The notes under the pieces were generated by a model. That model was not told where the DNA came from. It did no database searches and saw only the letters and a program-made list of their open reading frames with translations. The translations under genes were made by a program, and so were the position numbers. Below, piece after piece: positions 9,430 through 19,366 of a DNA stretch of 64,000 nucleotides (the first letter of the stretch is position 1; each line of letters begins with the position of its first letter). The stretch covers positions 248,001 to 312,000 of the IMG/VR virus record IMGVR_UViG_3300044712_001937; one strand, given 5' to 3'.

Positions 9430-9711
9430 TTATACTTTATTTATTATAGGTTCGGAACAAGTTTGAATTTCACTTACAACTATTTTGATATTATCTTTAA
9501 GCATTGATAATCTTTCTCCAACACTATTAAAATCATGTTCCATACATTGTTGTAAATGATTAATATTTCTATAATCATTAGCAGGTTGATTATATTCAAC
9601 TTCAATACCTGCTTCAATTAAATTTTTCAATATCATCCAAGATAAGGTACTTTTTCCGGTGGCAGTAGCACCTATTATTTGTATTTTTACTGCTTTTTTT
9701 TCTTTTTCCAT
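9430..9711 (-). CDS. Small P-loop protein
   Basis: IIGATATGKST Walker A. Confidence 0.55.
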   Translation of the reverse strand: MEKEKKAVKIQIIGATATGKSTLSWMILKNLIEAGIEVEYNQPANDYRNINHLQQCMEHDFNSVGERLSMLKDNIKIVVSEIQTCSEPIINKV

Positions 9712-9720
9712 AGTTAGTAT

Positions 9721-10089
9721 TTAAATTTTATTTAATTTCCAATCTCGATAGCTATTTAACATTTTAATTTGAATAGATAAATCATTATCAATGCCAAACT
9801 GTTCTAAATCATAACCTAACATTTTATTGGATATCAATTTAATACCTCTTCTAAATCCAGCATTAAAACTTGACAAATCTCTTTGTGTAAAACGATATAC
9901 TTTATAATTAATAGCATCACCACAAGCAATTTTTATTGTTTCAAAAACATTTCTTTTAAATATTTTACCTGTAAATTGAATTTTATCTGAAACATTCATA
10001 TCATATTCGCAATTTTCCATTGTATATATTATATCATCCCAATAGAATTTTTGACCTTTCTTAATATTGCGTAATAATACTCGACTCAT
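9721..10089 (-). CDS. Hypothetical protein
   Basis: 122-aa ORF. Confidence 0.6.
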   Translation of the reverse strand: MSRVLLRNIKKGQKFYWDDIIYTMENCEYDMNVSDKIQFTGKIFKRNVFETIKIACGDAINYKVYRFTQRDLSSFNAGFRRGIKLISNKMLGYDLEQFGIDNDLSIQIKMLNSYRDWKLNKI

Positions 10090-10295
10090 TCTTCACAATT
10101 TTCAATATAAGTATCAATAAACCATTTTAACGGTCTAAATTTTAAATAATTAGGATGTGCTGCGAGTAAACCAAGTAATATAACTTCATCAAGTCTACCT
10201 CCGGTTTCAACATCAATATCTTTTGGTGAAACATGAAATAATTGTTGTGGAATTATTTCTTGAGTAAATTCTTCAAATCCTTCTTCTTCAGTCAT
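10086..10295 (-). CDS. Hypothetical protein
   Basis: 69-aa ORF; TAAATTTG upstream. Confidence 0.55.
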   Translation of the reverse strand: MTEEEGFEEFTQEIIPQQLFHVSPKDIDVETGGRLDEVILLGLLAAHPNYLKFRPLKWFIDTYIENCEE

Positions 10296-10350
10296 AAATG
10301 AATATTTAAGACAAATTTAAAAATAATAAATATCAATTCAAAATGTTTTT

Positions 10351-10384
10351 AAAAAAAAAGAGGATGCATCACTGCAGCCTCTTT
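10351..10384 (-). terminator. Intrinsic terminator closing the long non-coding tract
   Basis: AAAGAGG/CCTCTTT stem plus a 9-nt T-run on minus. Confidence 0.7.
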
Positions 10385-10800
10385 AATTGTTTTTAAAAAT
10401 AAGAAAAATTTTAATATTTTAAAAAATAGGTTAAATAGTAATAAGGTAATATAGATAATGTCAAAATCAACGTCAATGGCACAGACCTTCTTCCACATCA
10501 AGGACACAGACAAAAACTAAGTCTTTTTTCGTAAGCTAATTATCCAAGCCAGCATGTTTACATGAAGGACTAATAGGTAACTTATCTTACTACATGGTGG
10601 TTGTTTAAAAAGAACCCCAAAAAAACTTTATTAGTTTTGTAGAAGAAGCGGTTTTTTGCATATTAGATATCCAATATCCGAAGATTTGGATGCCAAATAA
10701 ATTGTTAATTTATTTATTTATCATAGTATTTTTAAAGAACCTTATTACTAAATATAAAGAAAGGCAAACTCGGTTTATACTTTATTTGCCTTTCACCCTA
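10385..10800 (-). ncRNA. Candidate structured ncRNA / long 3' element downstream of the 316-aa gene
   Basis: No ORF of 60 aa or more; 10-bp stem 10759-10794; cUUCGg-capped hairpin 10669-10691; period-6 tract about 10430-10522. Confidence 0.5.
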
Positions 10801-10801
10801 T

Positions 10802-11752
10802 TTAGTTTTCTATATCGTCAGTATTATCGTTTTTATTAAGTTCGTTTAAGAACAAATCGATAGTTTTTTGGAATCTACTATCTACTTCAATTCGCATTGA
10901 AGCAATCGTTGAAATAGCATCCTGACGAGTTTTTTCAAACTCATTATTTACGCCACGAACTACTTCATTATATTTCTTCATTTCGCTATCATAATCAATA
11001 CGAAGATTTGAGTTAATCTCATCAATATTTGCTTGTTTATCTGCATTAACTTTTGCAATACGAGCATTTTCGGCAGTTGCCAAGTTTTTAACCTTGGCTT
11101 TAAAATAATTAACTCGTTGTTCGTATTGACGATGCAAACCAGCTAATTCTTCATGAACCTTAAGTAATTCATCAGGAGTGTGATGAACAGTAATTTCAAT
11201 TGGAGTTTTTTCTCCAACTTTAAGTTCCATCCAATCAATTTCTGGAACATTTGGAAGTTCATCCCTTAATCGAGAAAGATGACCATCTTTATGAATAAAT
11301 TGTCCAATGTGAGCTGCAAATGCTTCAGCTTCCATATATTCATTTAATTCAGTAGTTGATAATTGTTCCCAACCAAAATTTTCATTAACTTGTGGCATGG
11401 GTTGATAATTTTCAAATGTAGGACGTTTAGGCATTTCAATATTTGAAATGTCAGCTATTTCACTACGAACATTTTTAAGCAATAAATCTTTAGCTTTAAT
11501 GTTTTCCATTAAAAATGCCTGACAAGCGTGTAATTCAGCAACTTCTTTCAATTTACTTACTACATCAGTAGGTAATTTAACACCAGTTTTAAGAGTTTTT
11601 TCTGAATCACCAACTTTAATTGTTTTTTTAAAGTTGTTAACTTGAGTTAACTCATTACTGATTTTAATTGCTCTTTGATTACAAAGATTGGAAATAGATT
11701 GAGCTTGTGAAAGACTCAAACCTTTATTTGGAACTAAATTATTCTTCTTCAT
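10802..11752 (-). CDS. Conserved-looking coiled-coil phage protein of unknown function
   Basis: GLSLSQAQSISNLCNQ, AAHIGQFIHKDGHLS; long helical C-terminus; TATCTTTG upstream. Confidence 0.75.
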   Translation of the reverse strand: MKKNNLVPNKGLSLSQAQSISNLCNQRAIKISNELTQVNNFKKTIKVGDSEKTLKTGVKLPTDVVSKLKEVAELHACQAFLMENIKAKDLLLKNVRSEIADISNIEMPKRPTFENYQPMPQVNENFGWEQLSTTELNEYMEAEAFAAHIGQFIHKDGHLSRLRDELPNVPEIDWMELKVGEKTPIEITVHHTPDELLKVHEELAGLHRQYEQRVNYFKAKVKNLATAENARIAKVNADKQANIDEINSNLRIDYDSEMKKYNEVVRGVNNEFEKTRQDAISTIASMRIEVDSRFQKTIDLFLNELNKNDNTDDIEN

Positions 11753-11819
11753 ATATAAAGTTTTTAGATTAGTTTAACATTATGCAAAGATATATTCTTT
11801 TTTGTTTTTAACAAATTTA

Positions 11820-12224
11820 TTATCGATTAAACCAAATTATTTTATCAAATTCTTTCCGGATTGAATTATGATTAACATCACTGGCATAAATTGTAATATT
11901 AGTCATTTTATCATCTTTAATATAATTTCCAGACCCATCATAATCAATATATCCACCACATTTAACTGAAGAAATAAAATTATTTAAAGACATTACATTT
12001 CCATATTTAGGAATGTCAGATAATTCGTATGACATAATCATGCGTTTATTACGGTCAAGTTTATTTCGTAATTTTACTTCAGGCATATTTTCCGTTAGAA
12101 ACATATATTCTTGAAAAGATTTAGTATTGATATATTTATCTAACTTCTCTTCAATAACTATATCAAGCTTATGAATTTCATTATTAATTTCTTCAATTTT
12201 TTTTGTGATTTCTTCGTTAGTCAT
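11820..12224 (-). CDS. Hypothetical protein
   Basis: 134-aa ORF. Confidence 0.65.
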   Translation of the reverse strand: MTNEEITKKIEEINNEIHKLDIVIEEKLDKYINTKSFQEYMFLTENMPEVKLRNKLDRNKRMIMSYELSDIPKYGNVMSLNNFISSVKCGGYIDYDGSGNYIKDDKMTNITIYASDVNHNSIRKEFDKIIWFNR

Positions 12225-12472
12225 TATCCGTAAACATTAAGTTGTGGATTATTTTTATTATTGAAACGCCAATATCTATATTGACTCTTTACAACATGTT
12301 CATTATTAAATTCACCTGACGTTGCAAGATATGGCATTTTAATAAATGAACAAAAATCGGCTTTTTGGTCAAGACTTAAATCTTCCCATTCATTTTCCCA
12401 GAAGTTAATATCTGATTCTTCAATTTCAAATATTTCTTCACCTAATGGATTTTTTCTACCTGTAGGTTTCAT
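12224..12472 (-). CDS. Hypothetical protein (likely start MKPTG at 12472)
   Basis: This start removes the overlap with the upstream gene. Confidence 0.55.
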   Translation of the reverse strand: MKPTGRKNPLGEEIFEIEESDINFWENEWEDLSLDQKADFCSFIKMPYLATSGEFNNEHVVKSQYRYWRFNNKNNPQLNVYG

Positions 12473-12473
12473 A

Positions 12474-12953
12474 TTAGTTCTTATTCCAATTAAAAAATTC
12501 ATTAAACATTCCACCAATATTATTATAATTATCAGTTAAAGGTGATAATATTTTTTTATTTTCACAATCAACCTCATAAATAAATGATTCATTTTGTTCT
12601 GGTGTACTAAATATCATCAAAATAACATCTTTTTTACAATTTAATTCAGAAACCCTAATATTACCAGTTTCTAATAATTTTTTCATTTCACTATTTTCTG
12701 TAGTTTCAGCAGCATATGCTTCAATAATAATTCCTGCAGCTTGAACTAAAGGGGTATGACAAATTTGAGTAATAATAAAACCAAGTTCTTGTTTTCCTTC
12801 AAATGTAGAAAATAATTCAGAAGGTATGAACGATAATGTTGGAACATCTTCTTTAAAGAAAAATAAAGCTGGACTTAAATATCCATCATTTTCGAAATTT
12901 TTAATCATTCCTAATCGAAGAGATTCTTTAAATATTGAAAGTTTTTCGTTCAT
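12474..12953 (-). CDS. Hypothetical protein
   Basis: 159-aa ORF; class A promoter 12973-12999. Confidence 0.7.
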   Translation of the reverse strand: MNEKLSIFKESLRLGMIKNFENDGYLSPALFFFKEDVPTLSFIPSELFSTFEGKQELGFIITQICHTPLVQAAGIIIEAYAAETTENSEMKKLLETGNIRVSELNCKKDVILMIFSTPEQNESFIYEVDCENKKILSPLTDNYNNIGGMFNEFFNWNKN

Positions 12954-12993
12954 GATTTATATTTTTGTTTAATACGTTTCTTTTTGAATTTTG

Positions 12994-13320
12994 TTACAAT
13001 AAATCAATGACATCTTCATCATCATTTTTATATATTCTATCAATTATTTTTTGTTCTTGTTGACTTTGAAGCTGATACAATTCTTTTGGAGATAATGTTA
13101 ATAATTGCTCAATAGAATATCTGGGAGCTTCGTATTCATTTTCATCATATATTAATTGTTTTTCAGAAATACGTAAGCAAGCATCAAAAACATCCTTTTC
13201 TTTTGCATTTCTAACTTTAAAATTATATTGAATACGTTCAGCATTCAGTTTAATCCAAAGTTTCCGGTCTGCATCACTTTTAAAAAATTTACTCATAATA
13301 GCTAATATAATATCCATCAA
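12994..13320 (-). CDS. Hypothetical protein
   Basis: 108-aa ORF. Confidence 0.6.
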   Translation of the reverse strand: MMDIILAIMSKFFKSDADRKLWIKLNAERIQYNFKVRNAKEKDVFDACLRISEKQLIYDENEYEAPRYSIEQLLTLSPKELYQLQSQQEQKIIDRIYKNDDEDVIDLL

Positions 13321-13428
13321 TACCCATCACAACTTTACCACAACAGATTAAATCACCTGTGCAACAATAATAATATACGTAATTTCCAACTATAAACATA
13401 ATTTAAGTTTTATTAATATACGAAGTTA

Positions 13429-13620
13429 TTAATTATTTGTTGTCGCTTTTATTAGTTTTTTTGCTTGTTGTCTTGCAGTTTTTTTACTTTTTACAGTATT
13501 CAGTTCAACCTCCCACCAGTTTACCCATCCCTTTTTAGGATGAAAATCTGGAAAATTTACTCTTAATTTATTCCTAAGTCCGTATGCTTTCATCGTAATA
13601 TTGAATTTCCATTTTCCCAT
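13429..13620 (-). CDS. Small basic phage protein
   Basis: HPKKGWVNWWE...ARQQAKK. Confidence 0.6.
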   Translation of the reverse strand: MGKWKFNITMKAYGLRNKLRVNFPDFHPKKGWVNWWEVELNTVKSKKTARQQAKKLIKATTNN

Positions 13621-14095
13621 TTAAATATCCAATGATATCAATTTCCATATCACATTCCCATCCACCACTATAATAATCTTGACTTCTAATATATGTTAAT
13701 TCAACCACAAGATAATTTGACGCAGGTATTGAATGTTTTTTAATATCATCATCTATACGTGGAGTGAATACTGATAATATTTTTTCAAAATCAATATCTT
13801 TGAATAAATCTGTTATTCCAGATTGACTTATCTCATAATCCAAAAGTCTATCTGCTGTTGATAAATTCACCAAAAGATATTTTTTATCTGTAGTTTCTTT
13901 GAATAAACCAACAAATTGAAGATAATAATTTGCTTCAATTAAACAGTTATTAGCACCTTCATTTTTATTTATAGTATATTCCGGAAGGATATCAAATACC
14001 ATTTCTGGCTTTTGACAATTATCTCTCAATTCCCGAATATAGTTTTCAGAAATTTCATATACCTCAATATTTAAAATACATCTAAGAGTTGACAT
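13574..14095 (-). CDS. Hypothetical protein
   Basis: 173-aa ORF. Confidence 0.65.
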   Translation of the reverse strand: MSTLRCILNIEVYEISENYIRELRDNCQKPEMVFDILPEYTINKNEGANNCLIEANYYLQFVGLFKETTDKKYLLVNLSTADRLLDYEISQSGITDLFKDIDFEKILSVFTPRIDDDIKKHSIPASNYLVVELTYIRSQDYYSGGWECDMEIDIIGYLNGKMEIQYYDESIRT

Positions 14096-15050
14096 TATAT
14101 TTTCCTTACTATTAATGATAAATTATTGTCATTCTGCATAACACCACATATTGGTTTAAATCCAAGATTATTTAACTGATTTTGAATTTCATAATTATAA
14201 TCGCATTCAGTTAACTGGTTAAAAAACAAGTATAACCTCTACCTGAAATGTCTTTATATCCCCAACATTCACTATTTTTATTTTTTTCAGTCATAACATT
14301 CGATGAAAATATAAAATATCCACCAGTTTTTAATGCTTTATATGCTTGACTAAAATATTCAAATCTATCCTTTTGTGAACAATGCTGTAATACATTTATT
14401 GAATAAACTATATCATAAAGTTCATTTCCAGATAAATCTTCATATAGATAATCCGGAATTCCACTTTTATCAATTTCAATAAAATTTTTATATTTTTTTA
14501 AAAATTTCGGTATAGTATAATCAATTCCTGTATAATTACACTTATCTTTCATTTTAAAAAAGAAATTACCATATCCGAATCCAATCTCCAAAATATTTAA
14601 TTTTTCTGGATTATCGTCAATTATTTTATTGATAATATCAGTAATACCAATTGCATCAGGAATTTGATTAGTATTTTGATTAACTTCTTTAATATTTTTA
14701 GAGGGACGACCACAAACACTTAATTTTGGAAAATATTCCTTACTTTTAATCCAGAATTTTTTATTATTAATTTTATTGGGATGAAATCTTTGAATTCCTT
14801 CATGTTTTAATATTAAGCAAACTCTATCTTTAGATAATGTATTTTGTACAATCACTAAATCTTCAAATATAAATGTATTAGTACAAATCATAGGTATTTG
14901 AATATAGTTTCCATTATCATCTTTTTTACAATATTTATTTTTTACAAAATATTCATTTTTTTTGTATGATAAATCTTTAAAATAATTAAAAGAAGTGTTA
15001 AATGATTGAAACTGTTCCATAGTTAATACATTATATGATAAGCTCCCCAC
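14095..15050 (-). CDS. Class I SAM-dependent methyltransferase with apparent frameshift at the T6 tract (14221-14226)
   Basis: ILEIGFGYG, DIVYSINVLQH, LKTGGYFIF; shifted frame continues 41 codons to a TAA overlapping the next ATG (TAATG). Confidence 0.75.
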
Positions 15051-15448
15051 ATTAATAATAAATGTATTGTATTATCTGTCATAGCATACACATATGCAGT
15101 AAATCCACCTTTTAACATTTGATTGCCGGGAGTGTTATTAAGATATGCCCATTTAGCTGAATTATTAACATCATCAATATATTGTTTCATTCCATATCCT
15201 TTAATATAATGCATATAATATTCACCTAAACTGAATTTATCAATAGGAAAATGTGAAAGAAATACAACTATAATCCAGATTAAATCAAAATTCTGCATAA
15301 TAACACAAACAGATGCTGTATATATCACACAATGCAATATTGCATAATACCAACCAAGTTTAGTGTTTTTTGACTTATTTAAAGCCATTTCTTCCGTTTG
15401 TAGTAAATAGTCGCCCAATAAATGTCCCAAAAATAATTCAAACATCAT
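15023..15448 (-). CDS. DUF3307-family membrane protein
   Basis: HLLGDYLLQT, SHFPID, DNTIHL motifs. Confidence 0.75.
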   Translation of the reverse strand: MMFELFLGHLLGDYLLQTEEMALNKSKNTKLGWYYAILHCVIYTASVCVIMQNFDLIWIIVVFLSHFPIDKFSLGEYYMHYIKGYGMKQYIDDVNNSAKWAYLNNTPGNQMLKGGFTAYVYAMTDNTIHLLLMWGAYHIMY

Positions 15449-15819
15449 ATTTTACATAAATTTTTAAGTTCTTCCCAAGTAGGGGTAGTTCCTTTATTAA
15501 CAAAAAATTCAATACCTAAAGAATGCCAATTATCACCATAACATAATTCAAATTTATCATTTTCATCTTTTACAAGATAAGCAGAATCATATGAAGCACC
15601 ATCCATAATAAAATGGTCAACTGTTGACGAATTTGCAATCAATTCATCAAATTCATCATTCATTATAATAAATTTTCTAAAATTAAACCAATCTTTAACA
15701 AAATCACCTGAATTAAATATCATATGACAACTTTTAATATCACCATATACTAATTTAACTGAAGTATATCCCAAATTAGTTTTATTTCCTTCATCATAAA
15801 CAATACTAACAACTGCCAT
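15445..15819 (-). CDS. Hypothetical protein
   Basis: 124-aa ORF. Confidence 0.65.
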   Translation of the reverse strand: MAVVSIVYDEGNKTNLGYTSVKLVYGDIKSCHMIFNSGDFVKDWFNFRKFIIMNDEFDELIANSSTVDHFIMDGASYDSAYLVKDENDKFELCYGDNWHSLGIEFFVNKGTTPTWEELKNLCKI

Positions 15820-16091
15820 TATAATAAATTTTTAATATTAATCAATTCAAATTCTTCAAGCATTGGACTACCTGTACTATTAATAGCAACACTGTTAAAT
15901 TTTTTTAACCAATTCAAAATATCTTCTTTTTCGCCATTAATAATTACATTATCACCAATTTTAACGATAATATCGTCATCAGTAGTATCAGGTGGAAATA
16001 TTACTTTAATTTCACCAAAATTAAAATCAATTGAAATCGAATCTGGTATTGTTTTTTTTAAACTTTCGGTTAGTAGGATGTTAAGTACCAT
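15819..16091 (-). CDS. Hypothetical protein
   Basis: 90-aa ORF. Confidence 0.6.
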   Translation of the reverse strand: MVLNILLTESLKKTIPDSISIDFNFGEIKVIFPPDTTDDDIIVKIGDNVIINGEKEDILNWLKKFNSVAINSTGSPMLEEFELINIKNLL

Positions 16092-16276
16092 AATTAATGA
16101 TTATTTTTCCTATATTTTTCCCTATTATTTTTTTTATATGATTTAATTTTTTCATCTGCAAAATCATTTGCAAATTTCATTACTTCTGCAATTGTCCAAT
16201 CACCAAGTTCTTTTCCACCTTTATAAGTTTTATCACACCATTCACTTATATAATTCTCCGCAATCATATTTAATGA

Positions 16277-16783
16277 TTATTTTATCCAAACTTCTTTATA
16301 ATCAACTAAATTATCTGTATTGAAAGGCAAAACTGAGGTTAAATACTTAGCTTCCTCTTTATTGATTTTTTGTTTATCCCAAATTTCACTTAGTTGTTCA
16401 TCTGAAAAATATCCCAAAGGAAATAATTTAGTTGTGTATACATTTATATCAATGAACGTATTTTCAGGTAATTTTTTGAACATATAATAAACATACATAA
16501 CTCCTTTACCGGGAGACTCTATATGCTCCAATAACATTAATAAACAACCAAAACTTATTTTCAAAGTTGTTAATGCTTTTAATCTACTTAAAAATACTTG
16601 TACTTGAAAAATAGATAAAACTTGTTTATATTCTTCAGATTCTTTATCAAATTCTTCAACATTTTTATTTAAAATTGGATTATCTGAAAATAATATACCA
16701 ATCATATTTTTTGTTTCATCCTCTGACATAGGAGTATTAGGAGAATGTTGGTCGAAAATTTCGGAAAGTAAATTAAGGTTCAT
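16277..16783 (-). CDS. Hypothetical protein
   Basis: 168-aa ORF; TACATTTG upstream. Confidence 0.65.
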   Translation of the reverse strand: MNLNLLSEIFDQHSPNTPMSEDETKNMIGILFSDNPILNKNVEEFDKESEEYKQVLSIFQVQVFLSRLKALTTLKISFGCLLMLLEHIESPGKGVMYVYYMFKKLPENTFIDINVYTTKLFPLGYFSDEQLSEIWDKQKINKEEAKYLTSVLPFNTDNLVDYKEVWIK

Positions 16784-16857
16784 TACTATTTAAATTTAGT
16801 TAATAATAAACAAATGTATTAAAATTTCTGAAAATGAACAATAAATTAACATATTTT

Positions 16858-17346
16858 TTAAAATGGCAAAGTATCATTATTTTCAACAGCTTCATCTAAA
16901 TCAATTAATGATATTATATATGAATTAACATCATAACCATCATATAAGCCTATTACAACACCTCTTTTCGATTTTTTTACTATTGATTTTATCATTTGAT
17001 AATTATCATTAGGTTCATATAAATTTAACATAACTTTAATTGAATTCATAGGTTTTTTAACTTCAATAATAGGTTCACTTTTGTCAACTAAACCATTATC
17101 AAGGTTAACAGGTAGTAATATATCATATTTAGGATTAATAATATCATTATCTACATCATATTCAAATTCAAATGTAGTTATAAATCTAATCTTATTAATA
17201 GGGACTTGATTATCTAAAAGCAAGTCCCTATTAATTTTAATTAAATTAACTGGTGTTAAATTATCACCAGTCGTATGTTTTTCATAAACAATGATTTTCT
17301 TTTTAAAAGTGATGAATGGAAATTTAAATGAAAATTGTAAGCTCAT
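16858..17346 (-). CDS. Hypothetical protein
   Basis: 162-aa ORF. Confidence 0.6.
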   Translation of the reverse strand: MSLQFSFKFPFITFKKKIIVYEKHTTGDNLTPVNLIKINRDLLLDNQVPINKIRFITTFEFEYDVDNDIINPKYDILLPVNLDNGLVDKSEPIIEVKKPMNSIKVMLNLYEPNDNYQMIKSIVKKSKRGVVIGLYDGYDVNSYIISLIDLDEAVENNDTLPF

Positions 17347-17738
17347 AACTTAATGTTTTGCATCAATCTGTTTTTCATATTTTCCAATGTTTCTTTTGGA
17401 ACATTATGTTCATTAACTCCATTATGCCTATTTTCAATTACAATATAGAATACCTTATAACCAAAAAGTTCAGCCATTGTCGAATATGGTAACATATCCT
17501 TTTCAGTTGTATTTGTATTTGCAATAACAATACGTTCTGCATTAGCACGCATAAATTTCATACACTTACGTTGACACCATTTATGTGCTTTATATGCATT
17601 ATCATATGACCAATTATATTTTCCATCATGCATCATATAATCATCAGCAGTACAAATAGCTTTAGTACCCAATGTTTTAGCAAATGTCGATTTCCCAGCT
17701 CCCGGACATGCCCTTAATATATAGAGAATTTTTTCCAT
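17343..17738 (-). CDS. P-loop kinase (AAA_33 / polynucleotide-kinase-like)
   Basis: ILRACPGAGKST, CTADDY, IANTNT, RHNGVNEHNVP. Confidence 0.8.
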   Translation of the reverse strand: MEKILYILRACPGAGKSTFAKTLGTKAICTADDYMMHDGKYNWSYDNAYKAHKWCQRKCMKFMRANAERIVIANTNTTEKDMLPYSTMAELFGYKVFYIVIENRHNGVNEHNVPKETLENMKNRLMQNIKL

Positions 17739-17774
17739 AAAATTTGAATACGATATTTATTTAAATTTGTTTCA

Positions 17775-18326
17775 TTAATCATCAAATTCGAAGTCTATAT
17801 CTATAGCTTCTAATTGTTTTTCGCTATATTCAGACCTTATTTTTTTACGAACTTCCATTAATGCTTTACCCAATAAATTCATGCCCTGCCATTTTCTTTC
17901 ATCAAGAACATCATCATTACTCCAAATCAAACCAATACCCCATATTTTATCAACTGGAGAAGCCTCAACTAATGTTTTTGCTTTGGTATGTAATAATGAA
18001 GTTTTTAAACGTAAATTTTGAGTAAATTTAGCATAATTAACATCAACCATAACTTGAAATGATATTATCATCCATTGTTCTGGATTGAAATTTTTAACTT
18101 TTCTTCCTAATGCTTTATTTTCTTTTGGATTTGGAGTTTTAATTATTAATTCAGCAGTTTCCATATCACCAAAGTATATCGCTTTTTCCCACATAAATGC
18201 TTGTTCAGTATTGAAAAAAGTAATTCCTTTATATTTGAATTTACATTCGAACCAATTTGAATATATACCACTCCAAAAATATATGTGACTTTTTGTTATT
18301 CGTTCACCTTCAGTATAGTTTTTCAT
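17775..18326 (-). CDS. NADAR family protein
   Basis: YSNWF, TEQAFMWEKA, KALGRKV, AKFTQN, LVEASPVDKIWGIG, GMNLLGKALMEVR. Confidence 0.92.
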   Translation of the reverse strand: MKNYTEGERITKSHIYFWSGIYSNWFECKFKYKGITFFNTEQAFMWEKAIYFGDMETAELIIKTPNPKENKALGRKVKNFNPEQWMIISFQVMVDVNYAKFTQNLRLKTSLLHTKAKTLVEASPVDKIWGIGLIWSNDDVLDERKWQGMNLLGKALMEVRKKIRSEYSEKQLEAIDIDFEFDD

Positions 18327-18448
18327 TTTATTCAGATTTAGTATATTTAGCTCTAATTATTTTTATTTTTCCTTTTAAATCATTATCAATTTCTCTTGAT
18401 TTTGTAATCGAGATAATAAAATCAGAATTTTTTACTTTATTAATAGAT

Positions 18449-19366
18449 TTATTCGTTGGTTTCATCTTTTTTATAAAATAAATTTTCAATAAAAATTTTC
18501 ATAGCATTTACTAAATGCTCAGTATCTACAGATTCTGCAGTTTTAGGTATTTTTTCTTTATATCCACGTTTTTTATATGTAGTAATACCACTTGTAGGAA
18601 TTAAAACTATTTTAAAACCATCTCTTGTTTCTTCGTATTTTAAGCAGTATCTTAAGCTATACCAAGTATTTTTATAATATTTAAGATTTTCAAATTGATT
18701 AAAAAACTTTAAAAATTGTTCAATACATTCTTCTTTTGAATTATAGTCGATATTTTCTCGATTTAATATTCTATTAAAATCCATATTATAGTCACGATTT
18801 TTAATCAACCCATCTTCAGTAAAATACATATGACCCATTCCATAATGATTTGAATAATTTACTTCAATATATTCATAAACTATTTCTTTAAAATGGTCAT
18901 TATATTTAGAAATATAAAAACTATATCTTTCTTCATTAAAAATAACATCAACCCCATCATAAAATGATTTAATACTTGAATCACTTTCGATACCTATTAA
19001 TCCCCTTATAGGAAATTTAGAAATCATCTTTAAAATAGTAATGTTTTGAAGATGATATGGTGCAAAATACTTATTAAAAGTATCTGAAACAAGATATACT
19101 CTATTTATTTCATGTAAATGCCAGTCATGTAAAGCTTCTGCATATTTTTCATTAGTCATCGATTTTAAATCACCATTTTTATTAACTAATAAAACTTTAG
19201 TATCATCAACCTTTTCCTTTATTTTACAAATACCTAATTCCCAATGATTAATAACGTTAGGTTTAGGAAAATTTTTTATTTTTTCAACTAATTCTTTATC
19301 TGGATTATCATAAATTGAATATCCATCTTCTTTTCTTATCAAATTGAATTTACTCATTTTAATCAA
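18449..19366 (-). CDS. Hypothetical protein
   Basis: 305-aa ORF. Confidence 0.7.
   Translation of the reverse strand: MIKMSKFNLIRKEDGYSIYDNPDKELVEKIKNFPKPNVINHWELGICKIKEKVDDTKVLLVNKNGDLKSMTNEKYAEALHDWHLHEINRVYLVSDTFNKYFAPYHLQNITILKMISKFPIRGLIGIESDSSIKSFYDGVDVIFNEERYSFYISKYNDHFKEIVYEYIEVNYSNHYGMGHMYFTEDGLIKNRDYNMDFNRILNRENIDYNSKEECIEQFLKFFNQFENLKYYKNTWYSLRYCLKYEETRDGFKIVLIPTSGITTYKKRGYKEKIPKTAESVDTEHLVNAMKIFIENLFYKKDETNE

Noticed and set aside
10458-10520. Plus-strand 20-aa ORF MSKSTSMAQTFFHIKDTDKN
   Set aside because: Probably a by-product of the hexamer periodicity; surrounding hairpins (UUCG loop, terminator T-run) indicate a minus-strand transcript
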